A DNA stretch of 64,000 nt from a bacterium (GTDB lineage Bacteria; SAR324; NAC60-12). Numbering within the stretch: the first letter of the stretch is position 1; every line of letters begins with the position of its first letter. The stretch lies in assembly GCA_965209155.1 (NCBI GenBank), contig OZ242383.1, positions 2,848,001-2,912,000 on the forward strand, given 5' to 3'. Shown piece by piece: positions 60,518 to 64,000 of the stretch. The notes beneath the pieces are model-generated. The model had not been told where the DNA came from and did not search any database. It saw only the letters and a program-made list of their open reading frames with translations. A program made the translations under genes and the position numbers.

Positions 60518-62320
60518 ATGCGTCTGAATAAATCCACAGAATCACTTTACGCCCGTTTCAAAGTCTATAATTTCCAAACACGACTTTTTTCGGTAGTTTG
60601 TTTTGTCGGGGTTTGCTTATTGCTGGTCTTGGGAAGGATGTTTTACTTGCAAGTCTGGGAGGCAAAAAACTACGAAGAACTGGCGGCCAGACAACAACAA
60701 CGTACTATCGTGTTGGATAGCCGGCGCAGCGCGATTTATGATCAAAGAGGTCAGTTATTGGCAACTTCTATCAAAGTCGACTCGGCACATGTGTTGCCTC
60801 CGAAAGTACGATCTCCTGAAAAAGCCGCGCAACAATTGTCTGCTTTGCTAGACATGTCCGAAAAGGAGATTCTGGAAAAACTGCAATCCCCTCGTTCGTT
60901 TACTTGGCTCAAACGTCAGCTCAACCCGGTGATTTCGCAAAAGATTCGACAGTTGCGAATACCTGGAATCGAATTCATTGAAGAATACAAACGCTTTTAT
61001 CCATTCGGCGACTTCGCGGGTCCCTTGTTGGGATTCACGGGGATCGATTCTCAAGGGTTGGAAGGTCTGGAATATGAATATCATGAAGAAATGCAAGGGG
61101 AAAAAAACAAATACGTCATTGAACAAGACGGGACACACCGTATTATTCCCTATCCTCCACGTTCACTCGTACGTATAAGAAATACCGAACGTCCAAATTT
61201 AAATAAGAACCGTCAATTCACTCTGCACTTGACCCTGGATAGCTCCATTCAATATTTTGCGGAAAAAGCTCTCAAATCAGGAATCGAGGAGAGGCAAGCT
61301 AAACGAGGGATTGCCATTGTGATGGAATCCCGGACTGGCGCGGTGTTGGCCCTGGCGCACGTTCCCGGATTCGACCCCAACCACTTCCAGCGATTTCCAC
61401 GCTCGCATTACCTCAATTACGCAATCAGCAGCGGTTATGAACCCGGGTCGATTTTAAAACCAATCACCATCGCGACGGCAATAGAAGAAAACATCATTGA
61501 GGCGGGTCAGGAGTTTTTTTGCGAAAACGGTTCTTTTCAAGTTGCTGATCGAGTCATTCATGATATTCAGCCTCATGGTTGGCTTACTGTCCAGCAGATC
61601 ATTCAAAAGTCGTCCAATATCTGCTCCAGTAAAATAGGTCTCTTAATCGGTAAAGAAAAATTTTTTGACTACCTGCGTCGGTTTGGATTTGGCAGGAAAA
61701 TGGATATCGGATTGTCAGCAGAAGCCATCGGGAAGGTCCCTCCTCCGGAAAACTGGACGATTCCAGATCATGCTTCGATTTCCTTCGGACATGGGATCCT
61801 CGTATCTCCGATGCAACTGCTGGTGGCAATCAACGTAATGGCAAACGGAGGATTGCTCGTCACTCCCTACATCGTAGACCATCTCAAAAACGAAGAGGGG
61901 GAAACCATCCGAATGCTGACTGACGCGGAGGGGAAAGAGGTCAAACAATTTGGACCTCGTAAAAAAATGAGAGTGCTCACGGTGAAAACGGCAGAAAAGA
62001 TCAAACAGTTTATGATTACAGTGACCGAGGAAGGGGGTACTGGAAAGCGATCCGCGATTCCCGGGGTGAGCGTGGCAGGTAAAACCGGAACAACGGAAAT
62101 GTTCGACCACGCTACCCAGAGTTATTCAAAAGAGGAAAATATTGCTTCCTTCATCGGAATTGTCCCCGCCGAAAATCCATTCCTGACGATTCTGGTATTA
62201 ATCGAATCACCAAAAACTTCAAGCGTGGGTGGAGTGGTGGCCGCTCCCATATTCCGGGAAATTGCCGAGCGTTCACTCATTTTTTATGGTAAAGGATTTA
62301 AAGGGCGCTTGGAAAACTAA
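60518..62320 (+). CDS. ftsI: Class B penicillin-binding protein (PBP3)
   Basis: EPGSILK, KSSN and GKTGT motifs. Confidence 0.9.
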   Translation: MRLNKSTESLYARFKVYNFQTRLFSVVCFVGVCLLLVLGRMFYLQVWEAKNYEELAARQQQRTIVLDSRRSAIYDQRGQLLATSIKVDSAHVLPPKVRSPEKAAQQLSALLDMSEKEILEKLQSPRSFTWLKRQLNPVISQKIRQLRIPGIEFIEEYKRFYPFGDFAGPLLGFTGIDSQGLEGLEYEYHEEMQGEKNKYVIEQDGTHRIIPYPPRSLVRIRNTERPNLNKNRQFTLHLTLDSSIQYFAEKALKSGIEERQAKRGIAIVMESRTGAVLALAHVPGFDPNHFQRFPRSHYLNYAISSGYEPGSILKPITIATAIEENIIEAGQEFFCENGSFQVADRVIHDIQPHGWLTVQQIIQKSSNICSSKIGLLIGKEKFFDYLRRFGFGRKMDIGLSAEAIGKVPPPENWTIPDHASISFGHGILVSPMQLLVAINVMANGGLLVTPYIVDHLKNEEGETIRMLTDAEGKEVKQFGPRKKMRVLTVKTAEKIKQFMITVTEEGGTGKRSAIPGVSVAGKTGTTEMFDHATQSYSKEENIASFIGIVPAENPFLTILVLIESPKTSSVGGVVAAPIFREIAERSLIFYGKGFKGRLEN

Positions 62321-62917
62321 CTAAGGAGCAAGCTGCCGGATTGTCCATTGGCTGAAATTATGTTTCCGGTAACAAAAACGGTCGTGCAGTCGACGTGGCG
62401 CCTCAATCCAAAATTCGATTTGGTGAGGAATCACGCGGTAGCCACCCCAAAAAGGAGGAACTGGAATGGACTGGTGTGAATATTTATCTTCCCATTGCGC
62501 CATTTTGTCTTCAAGGACGGATTTATTTTCTATGACGGCGCTTTGCTCTGAAATCCAGGCAGCTAATTGACTATCCCGCGGGCGAGAGTGAAAATATGAT
62601 TCCGATTGTTCTCCCACGATTCGCTCCACCCTTCCTTCGACCCGTATTTGTCGTCTCAGAACATCCCAGTGAAAAACCAGGGCGGCGCGGGGATTTTGGC
62701 TGAGTTCCCGGCCTTTTCGGCTTTCGTAATTCGTATAGAAGACAAATCCTCGGGCATCTATGGCTTTCAATAAAACGATCCTTGCTGAAGGTTCTCCGTC
62801 GCTCGTGGATGTAGCAAGGGTCATCGCATTGGGATGGGGCAGCTTCGTCTCTTGCGCAAGCTTCATCCATTTCTCGAATTCAAGAATGGGATCCGTATTC
62901 AAATCACTGATTTCCAT
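62321..62917 (-). CDS. pdxH: Pyridoxine/pyridoxamine 5'-phosphate oxidase
   Basis: RIVLLK, FYTNYESRK, WGGY and RLHDR motifs. Confidence 0.95.
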   Translation of the reverse strand: MEISDLNTDPILEFEKWMKLAQETKLPHPNAMTLATSTSDGEPSARIVLLKAIDARGFVFYTNYESRKGRELSQNPRAALVFHWDVLRRQIRVEGRVERIVGEQSESYFHSRPRDSQLAAWISEQSAVIENKSVLEDKMAQWEDKYSHQSIPVPPFWGGYRVIPHQIEFWIEAPRRLHDRFCYRKHNFSQWTIRQLAP

Positions 62918-63080
62918 AATTTTTTTTGTAAACGTGCACCTCTCCTCCTCCCGAAGAAATCGATTGTCAGCGATGTCACGGACGAGGAACTTCAAGAGAT
63001 GGCTCACTCAGATCAGGTTCAAGAGTTTATAGAGAAAATGGTAGCAGGCATTGCCCGCTTGGAACAACAAAAAGATGCCT

Positions 63081-64000
63081 CTAGGGGGAAAGGTTTAATT
63101 TGGGTTTCATCTCACTCATGCCATACTGACCCCGAGCGACAAATCCTCTTTTGGGCGCATCAATGCTGCCATAGCCATTAAACGGTTTGAAACCGATCAA
63201 GGCCAACAACTCCTCCGTGGCCTCTGCCAGCACTTCAGGAGAGGTGCCCAGTAAGAAATTCTCCTGCTGCCGGAATTGCGGGGCGCAGAAGTTGGTCGTC
63301 AGCCCGATCCGGGGATGATCGCTGCGGTTGACCCCGGTCGAATGCCAGATCCGTCCTTCGAAAAACAGGGCGGATCCTGCGGGAGATTCTACTGAGATCC
63401 AATTGGCCTCTTCATCGAGTTCAGGGTCGGGTTGACGGCCGAAAAGATGGCTGCCGGGGACGACCAGCGTGGCCCCATTGTCTTCCCGAAAATCATCGAG
63501 CATCCACATGGCATTGCAGACAAAGGCGGGGGCGATGGCAGGCAGGTTCATGGTGGCCTCCCCCCCAACATGGTGTCCCCGATACTCTTCAGCGGTGATG
63601 GACCCAGGCTTTATCAATGTCCTTTTCTGACTATTGGTTGGCGGAGGCATCCACCATTGATCGGTATGAAATACCTTGCTGCCCCCCGGGTGGGCAATAT
63701 GGCCTTTATAGGAACTGAGCAAATAGACGGACCCCAGGATGTGAGCGGTCATCTCCCGTATGCCGGGGTGGAACAACAAGTCGCGGAACCCTTGCCCTTT
63801 GTTGATTAAAAAATCGACGAGTTGTTTCTTGTCTTTCAACAGGGTAGTGATTCCCCGTTGCGCTTCCGCTTCCGCTTGTTCCAGCAATCGTGCGCGCAAG
63901 ACAGCAGCTTCCTCCGGGAGGATGGCATTGGCCAGGATGCAGTAGCCAAACTCATCCACGTGGGCTTTGGCGAGGGTCAGGTCCGTGATGGGTTGCGGGT
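63081..64000 (-). CDS. PhyH-family Fe(II)/2OG dioxygenase, start beyond window end
   Basis: HTD, NGAT..VPGSH, WH and RQQEN motifs; frame open to the window end. Confidence 0.88.
   Translation of the reverse strand, partial: PQPITDLTLAKAHVDEFGYCILANAILPEEAAVLRARLLEQAEAEAQRGITTLLKDKKQLVDFLINKGQGFRDLLFHPGIREMTAHILGSVYLLSSYKGHIAHPGGSKVFHTDQWWMPPPTNSQKRTLIKPGSITAEEYRGHHVGGEATMNLPAIAPAFVCNAMWMLDDFREDNGATLVVPGSHLFGRQPDPELDEEANWISVESPAGSALFFEGRIWHSTGVNRSDHPRIGLTTNFCAPQFRQQENFLLGTSPEVLAEATEELLALIGFKPFNGYGSIDAPKRGFVARGQYGMSEMKPKLNLSP

Overview
Bacterial chromosomal window. The gene set and order look deltaproteobacterial, possibly SAR324-like, but this is inferred and not verified. The right third is mostly housekeeping: fabF-acpP-fabG, mraY, frr-pyrH-tsf-rpsB, coaD, an Lhr helicase, ftsL-ftsI and pdxH. 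The left two-thirds is a mosaic of AT-rich backbone and GC-rich blocks: a Zur/CobW zinc operon, orphan ABC family-5 binding proteins, HigBA, an NCS2 permease, a TrpB2 plus beta-RFAP-synthase pair, Cache proteins, a PQQ dehydrogenase and a P450. It also holds one tRNA-Leu and two intact IS elements (IS1595, ISKra4) with TSDs. There are three leading candidates for undescribed biology. (1) A 559-bp transposase-less element with IS200/IS605-like ends carries a four-helix-bundle gene; it occurs twice, apparently inserted independently at different TTAAT sites within a REP-containing MITE. (2) A ~250-bp promoter plus structured-leader module occurs three times upstream of unrelated genes, with a simple-repeat -35/-10 spacer of variable length. 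(3) A TrpB2-like enzyme with its catalytic Glu replaced by Asp overlaps a C-ribosyltransferase-like gene, with no methanopterin context. All calls come from reading motifs by eye; no searches were run.
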